Both the position numbers and the translations under genes were made by a program. Source: Candidatus Latescibacterota bacterium (GTDB lineage Bacteria; Latescibacterota; UBA2968; UBA8231). From it: a stretch of DNA of 64,000 bases. Position 1 is the first letter of the stretch, and the number at the start of each line of letters is the position of its first letter. The notes under the pieces are model-generated. The model did not search any database and was not told the origin of the DNA. It saw nothing but the letters and a program-made list of their open reading frames with translations. The DNA is taken from contig CBDFJF010000002.1 in NCBI GenBank assembly GCA_965248265.1, positions 3,712,001 to 3,776,000 of the forward strand. Direction: 5' to 3'. Below are positions 1 through 10,323 of this stretch, one piece after another.

Positions 1-766
1 CCGGATGACCTTGCTGCTGCGCCAGGCGTTTCAACGCGAAGCGGACGATGTTGATACCATCGCGTGGCGAATATTCCAGGTCCAGTTCGTGCGCTCGCTG
101 CAAGAAGTCAACTGTCAGTGTCAGCAGCTCGTCTTCGGCGAAGGGCAGATGGTAACGCAAAATCTCCATCTCCTCCTGACGCTCGGGGAATCCGATCTCC
201 AGCGTCGGCTGCAGACGTGAGAGGATATACTCCGGGACCTCGTAGGTGGATTCATCGTCATTCATGGTCACGCAGGAGCGAAAACCGGCGCCGGCCGGAA
301 TCGTGATGCCGGCGACCACCGATTCCACATAGCGACGATGATCGAGCAACGGAGCCAGTGATGCCCAGCTCTTCTCACTCATGCGGTTGCCTTCATCCAG
401 CACGCAAACACCATCCGTCAGCATCGCCGAAACCAATGGCGAGGCATGGTAGCTGATGCGGCCAGCCTCCGATAACACCGGCGTAACCAGCAGGTCTTCG
501 GGACGCGTATCACTGGTGCATTGATAAATGTACAATGGCTGACCTCGCTCCAGGGCCGCGGCCATGGCGAGCGTGGTCTTGCCGATTCCCGGTGGCCCCA
601 CAAGGCGCGGAGACAGGGGTAGATCCGTACTGTCAAGAACAAGCCAACAGGCCTGCAGACTGCGCAGTGTTTCCTGTTGGCCAATCCATTTCTGTTGGGA
701 GCGGATTGGCGAGGTCAACTGCAGTGAGACCCCCGCGACTTCGATACGTACCGGTACATCACCCAT
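1..766 (-). CDS. MoxR/CbbQ-NirQ-type AAA+ ATPase (3' end runs off window)
   Basis: Hand translation from ATG 766: [10 protein letters not shown]...GPPGIGKTT (Walker A)...CVLDEGNR (Walker B)...ILSRL. Frame is open to the window edge, with SD-like GAAGGGA upstream. Not in the ORF track because there is no stop. Confidence 0.85.
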   Translation of the reverse strand, partial: MGDVPVRIEVAGVSLQLTSPIRSQQKWIGQQETLRSLQACWLVLDSTDLPLSPRLVGPPGIGKTTLAMAAALERGQPLYIYQCTSDTRPEDLLVTPVLSEAGRISYHASPLVSAMLTDGVCVLDEGNRMSEKSWASLAPLLDHRRYVESVVAGITIPAGAGFRSCVTMNDDESTYEVPEYILSRLQPTLEIGFPERQEEMEILRYHLPFAEDELLTLTVDFLQRAHELDLEYSPRDGINIVRFALKRLAQQQGHP

Positions 767-1008
767 GTCGATTCCCTTCGAATCTGCTCTTAATTCCTTC
801 TAACCCTTGCTGCAATCTCCCAGCGACAATATCTTCGCGCCCGCTTTGCCCGCCGACGAGCGTGTAGGCGATGAAGTGTTCATGAAAGCGCCCAGTCCCC
901 GGCCTGGTAGGCGCGCGAACTGTTGGTGGAATACGCCGATGGAGCGCGACGCAGCAGAACAGGATTTGTCGGCGACCGAACACGAAATACCTTTCCGTAG
1001 GGGCACTA

Positions 1009-2164
1009 GTGCTCTGTTAAAGAGTGGGCATTGAGTTTTGGACTTTGGCCAGCTTGGCGTTGTCGGTGTTCTTGTTTCGCCACCTCAGGTACTCCTGCAT
1101 GCGCTGGCCGACTTCTCGATGATCGTTGGGATCGCTGTTTTTGATGACGAAGTAATGGGCTGCCGTGAGGTGACATTCGAGCCGATTCATCCATGACGCG
1201 TTGGTGGCGGTGAAGACCGGCGAGACCCGGTTTCGTCGGCACCACTGCAAGATCGGCGGTGTCTTGTGCGTCGACAGATTATCCATGACGACATAGATCC
1301 GCTTCGCCGTGCGATAGCGGAGCCGAATGGCCTTGAGGAAATCGAGTACGACCGACGCGTGTTTCTTGGGTTTGTGATGCATCCACAGGATGTCCTCATG
1401 GACGTTATAGGCTCCAAAGAAATAGCTGACGCCGCCGTGGCGGCTATAGGTTGCCCGATGCCGGACCGGGCGCTTGTGTGGGGCCCAGGAAGCACCGGCA
1501 TGCGGCTTGATCTGGACTGGTCCCAGTTCGTCGAAACAGACTACGACCGTGTCTTTCGGCGCCCGCTTGTAGAGTCGGTTGATGCGTTTTTTTTAGAGAC
1601 AAACTCCGGGTCCTTTGATTCTTTCCAAGTGCGCGTGCGTTGATAGGTAACCTTATGTTGATCCAAGATTTTTCCGATGGTCACATGCGAAACCTCGGGA
1701 ATCATCTGCCGTCCCACCAGGCAGTCAGTCAGCTTGCGCAACGACCACTGGTTGAACGGCTGGCCGAACGCGCGAGGAGGCATCGTGGCAATTTCCACCA
1801 CCACGGATTCGTCTTCCGGCGTCAACTTCGAAGGACGCCCCGGACGTGCCCGAGTGCGCAAAACCGTCAATCCCCCTTCGTTGTACTGGCGGATCAACTG
1901 GCGAACGTACTCCTCATGCAGATGCAGTGTATCCGAGATCTCCTGGACGCGCATGCCCTGGGCGCTGAACGAGATCAACTGCCCACGGCGCATCTGCACG
2001 GCGTTGCGAGGCCGTTTCAGCCACCGTCCCAGTTCCTTAGACTCCGCCGCGTTCGGCGAACGAGCATGGAGACACATAGCATGACCCTCCTGAAGGATTC
2101 ACCATATGTATCCATGATACCACGACTTACGACAAAGTACAAGCTCGATTTCTTAACAGAGCAC
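1009..2164 (-). mobile_element. IS630-family insertion sequence, 1156 bp
   Basis: Terminal inverted repeats GTGCTCTGTTAA (1009-1020) and TTAACAGAGCAC (2153-2164), flanked by TA at 1007-1008 and 2165-2166 (CTAG context). Contains HTH orfA and DDE orfB. Confidence 0.93.
1017..2077 (-). CDS. IS630 transposase, orfA+orfB joined by -1 frameshift at A8 (1587-1594)
   Basis: orfA 1541-2077 has winged-HTH motifs (RPGRP, WSLRKL). The -1 frame gives KKRINRLY...CFDELGP...VMDNLSTHK...SWMNRLE (D,D,E). The stop TAA lies in the terminal IR. Confidence 0.9.
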
Positions 2165-2269
2165 TAGCTTATGGCTTTTTCAAAGGATACTCAAGCAAGC
2201 GTGCCCATGCTCACAGTCCGATTTCACGTCTCCTAAAACAGCACCATTAACAAGACCTGAGACCAAGTC

Positions 2270-3835
2270 ATGCTCGATCTGATTCTGAAGAACGGTACCG
2301 TGATCGATGGGACTGGCAGTGCGCGCATCCGTGCTGATGTCGCCATTGCCAAGGATCGTATCGAGGTCGTCGGCGACACCTCCCAACTCGAGGCCAGAGT
2401 CACCATCGATGTCTCGGGAAGGATGGTCGCCCCCGGATTCATCGACGTCCACAATCACACAGACGCCTGGTTGTTAAAGACACCACACCTGACAGCCAAA
2501 ACCATGCAGGGCTTCACGACAGAGGTCATCATGTCAGACGGGATCTCTTACGCTCCCGTCAGTCAGACGACGGTCCCGGAGTGGATCTACTACCTACGCT
2601 CGCTCAATGGGTTACAGCCTGAAGAGTATAAGGGTTGGCAGACGATCGCCGAATACATGGCTTGTATGGATCGGCGCAATGCGCAGAACGCGATCGCACA
2701 GATTCCCTACGCCAATGTACGCAGCATCCCCTGCGGTTTCAGCTCCCGGCGTCCCGATGACGATCAGATGGCGCACATCGTCGCACTCGTGGAGGAAAGC
2801 ATGAAAGAGGGTGCGGTTGGCATGTCCACGGGCCTCGACTACATCGCTCAATGCTTTTCCTCAACCGACGAACTCGTGGAGGCATGCGCGTCCATGTCAG
2901 CTTTCGGCGGGATCTACGCAACCCATCTGCGCTACAAGAAGGGTATCCTACCGGCATTGCGGGAAGCGGTAGAGATCGGACGTCGAGCCCAGGTCCCCGT
3001 CCATATATCACACATGAAGACTCCGGACCCAGCCACGAATGACAAGGTACTCGAATACGTCGACAAAACTGCGCGCAGCGAAGTGGATTTCTCCTTCGAC
3101 GTCTACCCCTACCTACCGGGGTCAACCATGCTGACGATCTCGCTTCCTCATGCAGTATGGGAGGATGGCCCGCTGGGCGTAATTCCACGGCTGAGGGACT
3201 CAGAGGTACGCAAGGCGTTCCAGCGCAATATCTGCATGCGAAACCTCGATAAACTTCAGATCGCGTGGCTGCCGAGCGTCGAGCACGCTCACTACATCGG
3301 CAAACCACTGACACAGTACATCGCCGATACGGGCAAGTCGATCGGTGATGCTCTGTGTGATCTGCTGATCCATGAAAATCTTGCCGTTCTCCTCGTTTTC
3401 ATGCACGGCGATGACACCCTCACCCATCCGATGCTCTCACACGACTGCTACATGATGGGAACGGACGGCATCCTCATGCCCGGCAACAGTACAGTGCATC
3501 CGCGCATGTACGGATCGTCGGCACGGCTTTTGGGGCCCTGCGTACGGAATCATCGGTTGTTCAGCCTGGAGCAGGCGGTCAGGAAACTCAGCGGTTATCC
3601 TGCCGAACGCTTCGGCCTGACGAAGCGAGGCGAGATCAAAGAAGGCTGCTTCGCTGATCTGGTTGTCTTCGATGCGGACACGGTTCAGGACACAGCCACC
3701 TACGAGGACCCCCATCAGTTCCCACTGGGAATCGACCATGTATTCGTGAATGGGGTCTGCGTGGTCAGCGATGGCAGCCCGGTTGAGGACCTTCCGGATC
3801 CGTTACCCGGACGCGCGCTGCGCTTCAAGGAATAG
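2270..3835 (+). CDS. N-acyl-D-amino-acid deacylase (D-aminoacylase, amidohydrolase family)
   Basis: LILKNGTVIDGTG, APGFIDVHNHTD, STGLDY, HPRMYG, ADLVVFD and VFVNG motifs. Confidence 0.88.
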   Translation: MLDLILKNGTVIDGTGSARIRADVAIAKDRIEVVGDTSQLEARVTIDVSGRMVAPGFIDVHNHTDAWLLKTPHLTAKTMQGFTTEVIMSDGISYAPVSQTTVPEWIYYLRSLNGLQPEEYKGWQTIAEYMACMDRRNAQNAIAQIPYANVRSIPCGFSSRRPDDDQMAHIVALVEESMKEGAVGMSTGLDYIAQCFSSTDELVEACASMSAFGGIYATHLRYKKGILPALREAVEIGRRAQVPVHISHMKTPDPATNDKVLEYVDKTARSEVDFSFDVYPYLPGSTMLTISLPHAVWEDGPLGVIPRLRDSEVRKAFQRNICMRNLDKLQIAWLPSVEHAHYIGKPLTQYIADTGKSIGDALCDLLIHENLAVLLVFMHGDDTLTHPMLSHDCYMMGTDGILMPGNSTVHPRMYGSSARLLGPCVRNHRLFSLEQAVRKLSGYPAERFGLTKRGEIKEGCFADLVVFDADTVQDTATYEDPHQFPLGIDHVFVNGVCVVSDGSPVEDLPDPLPGRALRFKE

Positions 3836-5045
3836 GCACAGGGACGCTGATCACACCCTGCGAACGCAAGGCGGAAATGGCCTCGGTATCGAGACCGAGC
3901 AGCGTCCTGAGGATATCATCAGTATGCTGGCCGAGACCGGGAGCCGGACGAGGGGATGTCCTCGGCGTTTCTGAAAAACGCAGCGGCGACGCCGGCATGG
4001 CAAGTTCGCCTGCCCCGGGCTGCTCAAGCCGCGCGATCATCTCTCGCGAGGCGATGTGTGGGTCGGCCATTACCTGGGCGATGTCCTGGATCGGGCCGCA
4101 TGGGACCCCTGCTTCGGTCAAGTCCTGCAACCAGTCGTCGACAGTACGGTGAGAGAACGCCTGGTTCAGCAGATCTTCCAGGTCCGACCGGTTTTCCGTG
4201 CGCAGTGAATTGTTGAGAAAACGGGAATCCTCTGCCAACTCCTCCACCCCCAGACGGCGACACAGCTGCCCGAACAGATTGTCGTTACCGGCCGCGACGA
4301 CGATGTAACCATCTGCTGCCTCGAAGAACTGGAAGGGCGTAATGGCCGGGTGCCGTGAGCCCAGGGGGGCTGGCACCTCGCCAGTGACGTCATACCGTGC
4401 CACCGCGTTTTCCAGCAATGCCACCTGGGTATCCAGCATCGAGATATCCAGATGCTGCCCCAGTCCGCCCTGGGCAGCGGCACGCAGAGCCGCCAGGATC
4501 CCGATCACGCCGTAGAGGGCAGCGCCCAGATCTGATATCGACGTGCCCACACGCACGGGGGGCGACTGGGGACTCCCGGTGATACTGGCCAAGCCGCTCA
4601 TCGCCTGAATGATGACGTCGTAGGCCGGCCGCTGAGCGTAGGGACCCGTCTGTCCGAAACCTGAAATCGACACGTACACGAGTCCCGGGTACGACGTGTG
4701 CAGGGTCTGGTAATCCAGCCCAAAGCGGGCCATGGTTCCGGGGCGGAAGTTCTCGATCAGGACATCACACTGGCCCGCCAGATCGCGAGCCAGATCGCGA
4801 CCCGCCTCTGTGCGCAGATCGATGCCCACACTTCGCTTGCCTCGATTAATGCTGGTGAAATAGGCGCTCTGGCCATTGACGAACGGGCCGAACCCACGGG
4901 CCTCATCCCCGGTTCGCGGCTCCTCCACCTTGATCACCTCGGCGCCCAGATCGGCCATGATCATGGAGGCGAACGGCCCCGCAAGAACGCGGGTGAAGTC
5001 GATGACGCGCACGTCGCTGAGGATTTCCGTACCGATGCCAGTCAC
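3825..5045 (-). CDS. Family III CoA-transferase (CaiB/BaiF)
   Basis: VIDFTRVLAGP, DLGAEVIKVE, NRGKRS, ENFRPG, SGFGQTGP and YD motifs. GTG start at 5045 overlaps the upstream stop (GTGA). Confidence 0.92.
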   Translation of the reverse strand: MTGIGTEILSDVRVIDFTRVLAGPFASMIMADLGAEVIKVEEPRTGDEARGFGPFVNGQSAYFTSINRGKRSVGIDLRTEAGRDLARDLAGQCDVLIENFRPGTMARFGLDYQTLHTSYPGLVYVSISGFGQTGPYAQRPAYDVIIQAMSGLASITGSPQSPPVRVGTSISDLGAALYGVIGILAALRAAAQGGLGQHLDISMLDTQVALLENAVARYDVTGEVPAPLGSRHPAITPFQFFEAADGYIVVAAGNDNLFGQLCRRLGVEELAEDSRFLNNSLRTENRSDLEDLLNQAFSHRTVDDWLQDLTEAGVPCGPIQDIAQVMADPHIASREMIARLEQPGAGELAMPASPLRFSETPRTSPRPAPGLGQHTDDILRTLLGLDTEAISALRSQGVISVPVPIP

Positions 5046-6832
5046 TTGTCTATCTCTCTGCCAGGGGACGTGAGCAAGCAAGCTCCTGCACCGGGTGAAA
5101 CCACGGATCGCGATAGTGCTGCTTTCAGACCCAGCTCCTGTTCCATGAACTCTTGTAAACGTGATCCATACTTGCCGGTAACGAAGTCCTCATGGATTAG
5201 ACCCCCGACCTGTCCTCCCCAACCAGCACCCAACCGCTGTATGGCGCCGACTTCCCGACCACCATGCTCCAGCAGGAATTCGTTGATGGCGACGCACACC
5301 CTGTCATATTCCGGCGTCATCCTGCCATATCCCCCGGGCAGGTTCGCGAGGGCCCGTGACCCCGCACCAGATCCAGTCTCAGCGCTGGCGCGTGCAACTT
5401 CAACCAGCATGCCATCGCTGACCTCCAGATCGCGATCACCGGCATGCGAGCGCCTGACAAGTTCGAAAACGCTTTCCATGTCGGGCTGCTGCAGCAGATC
5501 GAACACAGCATGGGCACGTTCCTGCTCCGTGAGACCGAATACGAAGCGCCGGCGCAGGAATATGGGATAGTCCCTGGTGATCTTCGTGAACCGACCGGTG
5601 ATTTCGTCACGCTCGAAGGCATCGTAGCGATCCGCGATACCAGCAGACGTGCAGAGTTGCCTCACCTGGTCCAGGGTGATCTCGCAAGGGATCATCCGTA
5701 TCAACTCACACAACTGGGCCGTGTCGATGCCTAGGTTTTCTGCGTTGACATCCCTGATGAGCTCAATCCGCTCCGTGCAGTCGGGGTGCAGGCTCTCCCA
5801 TCCAGGACGGCCAAGAACCTCCGGCAACACCAGGTGCTTGACCATAAAGGTGCCCAGCTCATAAGCGATGACGGTCTCTTCCTTCCGGACCTCGTCACTC
5901 ACCCTCGGCACCCCACTGTCGAAGGCGACAGCCCTGTAGCCGGTTGGAATCGACGCCCATCCCTGAGCGCTGGCGGGTAGGACACCCACCTTGACCAGGT
6001 CCCCCACCCGTCCCAGGATCATGCCGCCGTGGTCGGCGGTACCGCCACGGGTGCCGCGGATCCATTCCGAGCTACCAACCCCATCAATCAGATCGCGCTG
6101 GCTGATATCGATGCCCGGCTCCAACCCGTTTGCCCCCAGCGCCGCGTACGCCGTGGAAATCACCAGCGCCGAAGAGGAACTCATCCCTCCCGCTGGAGAG
6201 ACATTGCTCCATACGAACGCATCGAATCCTGACAACGGCGTGGGGCCACCGCGCAGGTAGCCTTCCAGGAACACCAGCTGTCCCTCGGGCAATACTTGCC
6301 AATCGTCATCAACAGCCCGGCCAGTGGACTGCTCGCGCTCGTCGCACAAGCGCCCGGCGTAGTCCATGATTCCTTCGCGCGTACCGACGTTGACACCGGC
6401 TGGCACAAGCTCCGACAGCTCCCATTCTGCCGGGTGAAAGTCAACACGTGGTTCGCCTGGAACCTGCAACACGCTTGTGATGCGCACACGATCACGACTG
6501 GATGCGACACCGGCTACCGTGATCGTATCGGCACCCCGCACGGCCATGCGCAGCGAGGATATGCCACCGTAGTCGACATGCATGCCCATCACATTCATCT
6601 GACTCGGACAGCGGGCGATGACGACCTCTCGATCTGCGCCGAAGTGTCGACTGAATTCCTCCAGGGCCTCACTGTAGTGTTGCCGCCACGCCTTGGCCTG
6701 GTCTTGCCCGTAGAAGGAGGCGATTTGTGCCGATGATGCCGAACCATCGGCCGCAAGGGCATGAAGCCAGTTCTTCAGTGGCGCGACATGGTTTGGCGAA
6801 ACAGGCATATCAGAGGAATCTTCAGAGCTCAA
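5042..6832 (-). CDS. Galactokinase-like GHMP kinase with atypical active site
   Basis: PSQMNVMGMHVDY (cf. PGRVNLIGEHTDY), PAGGMSSSSA ATP loop, GAGWGG C-terminal motif; 596 aa. Confidence 0.75.
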   Translation of the reverse strand: MSSEDSSDMPVSPNHVAPLKNWLHALAADGSASSAQIASFYGQDQAKAWRQHYSEALEEFSRHFGADREVVIARCPSQMNVMGMHVDYGGISSLRMAVRGADTITVAGVASSRDRVRITSVLQVPGEPRVDFHPAEWELSELVPAGVNVGTREGIMDYAGRLCDEREQSTGRAVDDDWQVLPEGQLVFLEGYLRGGPTPLSGFDAFVWSNVSPAGGMSSSSALVISTAYAALGANGLEPGIDISQRDLIDGVGSSEWIRGTRGGTADHGGMILGRVGDLVKVGVLPASAQGWASIPTGYRAVAFDSGVPRVSDEVRKEETVIAYELGTFMVKHLVLPEVLGRPGWESLHPDCTERIELIRDVNAENLGIDTAQLCELIRMIPCEITLDQVRQLCTSAGIADRYDAFERDEITGRFTKITRDYPIFLRRRFVFGLTEQERAHAVFDLLQQPDMESVFELVRRSHAGDRDLEVSDGMLVEVARASAETGSGAGSRALANLPGGYGRMTPEYDRVCVAINEFLLEHGGREVGAIQRLGAGWGGQVGGLIHEDFVTGKYGSRLQEFMEQELGLKAALSRSVVSPGAGACLLTSPGREIDK

Positions 6833-6847
6833 TCGTCAACCTCAGCC

Positions 6848-7372
6848 CTATGCGTTTGCAGCCGAAAGCTCGGCCACGTCATATTCAGTGCCGTCAATGG
6901 TGACGATTCCCCCCGCGGCGGGAGGAACCACAGATGGGTCGAGTGTCATGGCGACGAGAACCTCGCCCTCATTGGCGCCACTGAGCGTCAGCGTACCATC
7001 GATGGTCCAATGGGTCTCCAATATCTCGATCACGATCACTCCGGTCATGGCGGTTTGGCCATCCGGGGAATATTCCTCAAACGTCATCGTCGTGCCCTCG
7101 ACGACGACCCGGCCGCCGCCGCCGCCCTCGAGCTCTCCTCCCCCAAAAAGGAGCATGGGGACAACGTCGGACATGGCCTGGTTGAGCTCGCTGAAAAAGA
7201 CCTTGGCCGCATCATCTTCCGAATTCGAGGGTTCGCCCTCATCCCCGACAACCGGTTGCTCGTCGTCCTGAGGTCCGGTCGGTGACGAAGTGTTGTCATC
7301 GTTGCAGGCTGCAACCACCAGAGTGGCCACGAGCAGAATTACCATTGTGCAACAATGGTATGTCATGTTCAT
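6848..7372 (-). CDS. Acidic lipoprotein of unknown function
   Basis: Hydrophobic signal ending LVVAA-C (lipobox), then an acidic linker and a beta-rich domain. Start is uncertain. Confidence 0.65.
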   Translation of the reverse strand: MNMTYHCCTMVILLVATLVVAACNDDNTSSPTGPQDDEQPVVGDEGEPSNSEDDAAKVFFSELNQAMSDVVPMLLFGGGELEGGGGGRVVVEGTTMTFEEYSPDGQTAMTGVIVIEILETHWTIDGTLTLSGANEGEVLVAMTLDPSVVPPAAGGIVTIDGTEYDVAELSAANA

Positions 7373-7397
7373 TCCAATCCCCTTCTCATGCGGGGCT

Positions 7398-8462
7398 TCA
7401 GGGTATGAAGCTTGTCCTGTCATCGATACTCAGGACGAACTCCTTAAGAAGCTCCGATGTGTGTTCAAGGTCGTCCAGTGAAAGCACCTCTACTGGCGTG
7501 TGCATGTAGCGCAGGGCCACGCCCACCAGGCCCGTCGCTACCCCGGCGCGGGTAAGCTGCATCGCATTCGCATCCGTTCCCGTACCACCGGGTTCGGCAC
7601 TGACCTGGTACGGAATATTCTTGCGCTTAGCAGCCTTCACCAACTCATCGAAAACTGCTGGATTGATGTTGGCGCCACGACTGATGATCGGTCCTCCCCC
7701 AACCTTCTGGTCTCCGCTACGGCGCTTGTCCATGCCGGGATGATCGGTGGCAAAATTGACATCCAGTGCTATGCCGACAAGCGGGTCGACACCGTAGGTG
7801 CTGGTCTTGGCGCCGCGAAGGCCGACCTCCTCCTGCACAGTGGCCACCGAATAAAGACTCGCCCTCAGCTTGCGGCGGTCGGCCACCACCTTGCGCATGG
7901 TCTCGGCGACAACGAAGGCTCCCATCTTGTTGTCAAAGGCCCGCGATACCGCCAATCCTCCGCGTAAGAGTTCGAAGTTGGCGTCATATGTCACCGGATC
8001 GCCGATGGCGACGAGCTTTTTCGTCTCCTTGCCATCCTTCGCCCCGATATCGATCCACAATTCATGCTTTTCAGCGACCTTGCGTCGATCCTCAGGAGTC
8101 ATCATGTGAACGGGTTTCTTCCCAATCACCCCGAGAGCATCTCCCTTCGCCGTGTGGATCCGAACTTTGCGACCCGGCACGATCGCCATATCAAAACCTC
8201 CGACCGTATCGAAGGAGAGGTACCCCTCGTCGTCGATGTGGACGATCTGGAAACCCAGCTCGTCCATGTGTCCGGCCAGCATGATTCGCGGACTTCCCCC
8301 GCTGTTGAGCGAGGCGATAGCGTTGCCGTGCAAATCGACACTGACACTCTCGGCGAATCGCACGGTTTCCTTCTTCCATACGGAGCGCACGGGACCCTCA
8401 TACCCGGAGGGGCCGGGAGCAGCCAACAGCGATTCCAGGAATTCCATCGAAGCTTTACGCAT
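7398..8462 (-). CDS. M42 family (TET) aminopeptidase
   Basis: GPSGYE, AGHMDELG, AFDNKMG, VQEEVGLRGA, GTDA, RYMHTPVE. Confidence 0.93.
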   Translation of the reverse strand: MRKASMEFLESLLAAPGPSGYEGPVRSVWKKETVRFAESVSVDLHGNAIASLNSGGSPRIMLAGHMDELGFQIVHIDDEGYLSFDTVGGFDMAIVPGRKVRIHTAKGDALGVIGKKPVHMMTPEDRRKVAEKHELWIDIGAKDGKETKKLVAIGDPVTYDANFELLRGGLAVSRAFDNKMGAFVVAETMRKVVADRRKLRASLYSVATVQEEVGLRGAKTSTYGVDPLVGIALDVNFATDHPGMDKRRSGDQKVGGGPIISRGANINPAVFDELVKAAKRKNIPYQVSAEPGGTGTDANAMQLTRAGVATGLVGVALRYMHTPVEVLSLDDLEHTSELLKEFVLSIDDRTSFIP

Positions 8463-8484
8463 TAGGTACCCTTTGCCCGTTTTG

Positions 8485-9978
8485 TCAGAGGGACTCCCGC
8501 GATTCAGGCACCCGGCGCCAAGGCAGGGATTCCCTCGCGACCCCCACGCAACAGACGACCGTATTCACCACCAATCCCACAACACCAGCGTGAAATCCGG
8601 CTACCTTCGTGTGCCCGGCGGCCGTCAACGACAGCGCGCACACAAGACCAGCTATCATACCAATAGTAACGACGCGAGCGTTTAAGCGCCGCCAGTAGAG
8701 TCCGAGAAAAAAACACGGCACGATCTGGATCAACACCTCGAACTTCAGTTCGAGCAGGCGGATGAGTGTCTTATCCGTGCCGATGGCGATGACGACGAGG
8801 ATGGCGACGATGCCCCAGGAGCACCCCTTGCCGATCAGGGTTAGTTCAGCCTCCGAGCACTGAGGCCGCAGGTGCGCGTGGTAGATGTCCTTCGTGAACA
8901 TGGATGAGATCGACAGCAACGCCGAATCCGCCGTCGACATCAGCGCCGCCAGGGCCGCGGCAAAAACGATGACGACGAGCCAGTAGCCAAAATCCGATTG
9001 CGCCATCACCAGCGCACATAACCGGGGTAGCACCTGATCGATCTCTGAAGCGTTCAACTCGGGTAAGACCACGACACCGGTAACACCACACAGTAAGGCA
9101 ATGAGTGTCGTAGCCAACGGCATGAAAGCCATCAAAGACAGCGACCGCTTTACCGCTCTTACCGAGCGCGCGGCGTACAGGCGCTGAATCGCCTGCGGAT
9201 AAATGGCCGCCCCGAAACCCAGCAGAAATATGTAACTGACCCATGTGGCGCACGCTTCCAGCGCCGGAACCTGAACCTTCGCTGGATCGCTGCGACTGAG
9301 TTGCTCGACCACGGACCTGATGCCCCCTCCGAGATCGGGGATAATCCAGATCAGGATGGCGAAACCCACAAGCAGCACGATGCCTTGCTGCACGTCCGTC
9401 CAGGCGACGGAGCGCATCCCGCCCATGGTCTCGTAAAGGACCATGATTACGGCGAGACCGATTATTCCATATGTGGAGGGGACGCTTCCGTCCGTTAGCC
9501 CTTCCACGGCTGCACCCATCGCCTTTAGCTGTGCCAGGGTGTAATTGGCCAGTGCGTAAATCATGATCGCTGTGCTGAGCAACGTCAGAAAAGGCGACCC
9601 GAAGCGGAAGGAGATGAAGTCTCCCGGTGTAATGAAGTGACGCAGACGCGCCAGGCGCACCAGTCTCGGGGCAAAAAGAAGGTAGCCCACGATGATGGAA
9701 AACATGAACAGGATGGAGACCGTCCAGTCGAAGCCGATACGGTAGGCTTTGCCGGTGTACCCGAAGAGCGTGTTGCCGCTGTATTGGGTTGCATAGAGCG
9801 TCAGAAACAGGACGGCCAGCCCGATAGACCTGCCGCCGAGATAGAAATCAGCGAGGCTGTCGTCTACCCGACGCTTGCGGCCAAGCCACCCGAGGCCGAT
9901 CATCGACAGCAGGTATATGCCGATGACGACGAAGGCTCCGGGTCCGAACAGGACCGGGGATGTAGAAGCGCCTGTCAT
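8485..9978 (-). CDS. Sodium:solute symporter (SSS, PanF-like)
   Basis: About 13 TM segments; DFYLGGRSIG, GGMRSVAWTD, ALMSTADSALL. Confidence 0.9.
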   Translation of the reverse strand: MTGASTSPVLFGPGAFVVIGIYLLSMIGLGWLGRKRRVDDSLADFYLGGRSIGLAVLFLTLYATQYSGNTLFGYTGKAYRIGFDWTVSILFMFSIIVGYLLFAPRLVRLARLRHFITPGDFISFRFGSPFLTLLSTAIMIYALANYTLAQLKAMGAAVEGLTDGSVPSTYGIIGLAVIMVLYETMGGMRSVAWTDVQQGIVLLVGFAILIWIIPDLGGGIRSVVEQLSRSDPAKVQVPALEACATWVSYIFLLGFGAAIYPQAIQRLYAARSVRAVKRSLSLMAFMPLATTLIALLCGVTGVVVLPELNASEIDQVLPRLCALVMAQSDFGYWLVVIVFAAALAALMSTADSALLSISSMFTKDIYHAHLRPQCSEAELTLIGKGCSWGIVAILVVIAIGTDKTLIRLLELKFEVLIQIVPCFFLGLYWRRLNARVVTIGMIAGLVCALSLTAAGHTKVAGFHAGVVGLVVNTVVCCVGVARESLPWRRVPESRESL

Positions 9979-10280
9979 TCCTGGATTCCGTCGGCCTCAT
10001 CAGGATCTATCCAATACCTTGTAATGACGAAAACCGTCCAGCCAGCCAGCAGAACGATGGAGGCAATCGTCACTGTGACCCACAGCGGCAACCCGGCGAC
10101 GAGAGACCCCCGGTACGACGGTGGCCAATACCAGGGTATGGCGACGGCGAACAGGACCAGATAGACCAGCCAGACCCATCCCTTCTTGCGGGGCTCCTGC
10201 CGCAGGCCTACGAGTTCATCCCACTCTTCGACGGTCAGGGAAGTGGGCGATAGGGGAGATTCTGCGCTGTCTTCTGGCAT
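9975..10280 (-). CDS. Small 2-TM membrane protein, symporter partner (YhdT/DUF3311-like)
   Basis: Two TM helices with PWYWP and GLPLW; ATGA overlap with the symporter. Confidence 0.7.
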   Translation of the reverse strand: MPEDSAESPLSPTSLTVEEWDELVGLRQEPRKKGWVWLVYLVLFAVAIPWYWPPSYRGSLVAGLPLWVTVTIASIVLLAGWTVFVITRYWIDPDEADGIQE

Positions 10281-10323
10281 ACAATCTGTCACAGAGGATG
10301 ACAAGGGTGATACTGCGATCACG

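Noticed and set aside
767-1006. Short ORFs or gene remnant beside the IS
   Set aside because: No motifs, and joining across the empty site gives no convincing protein.
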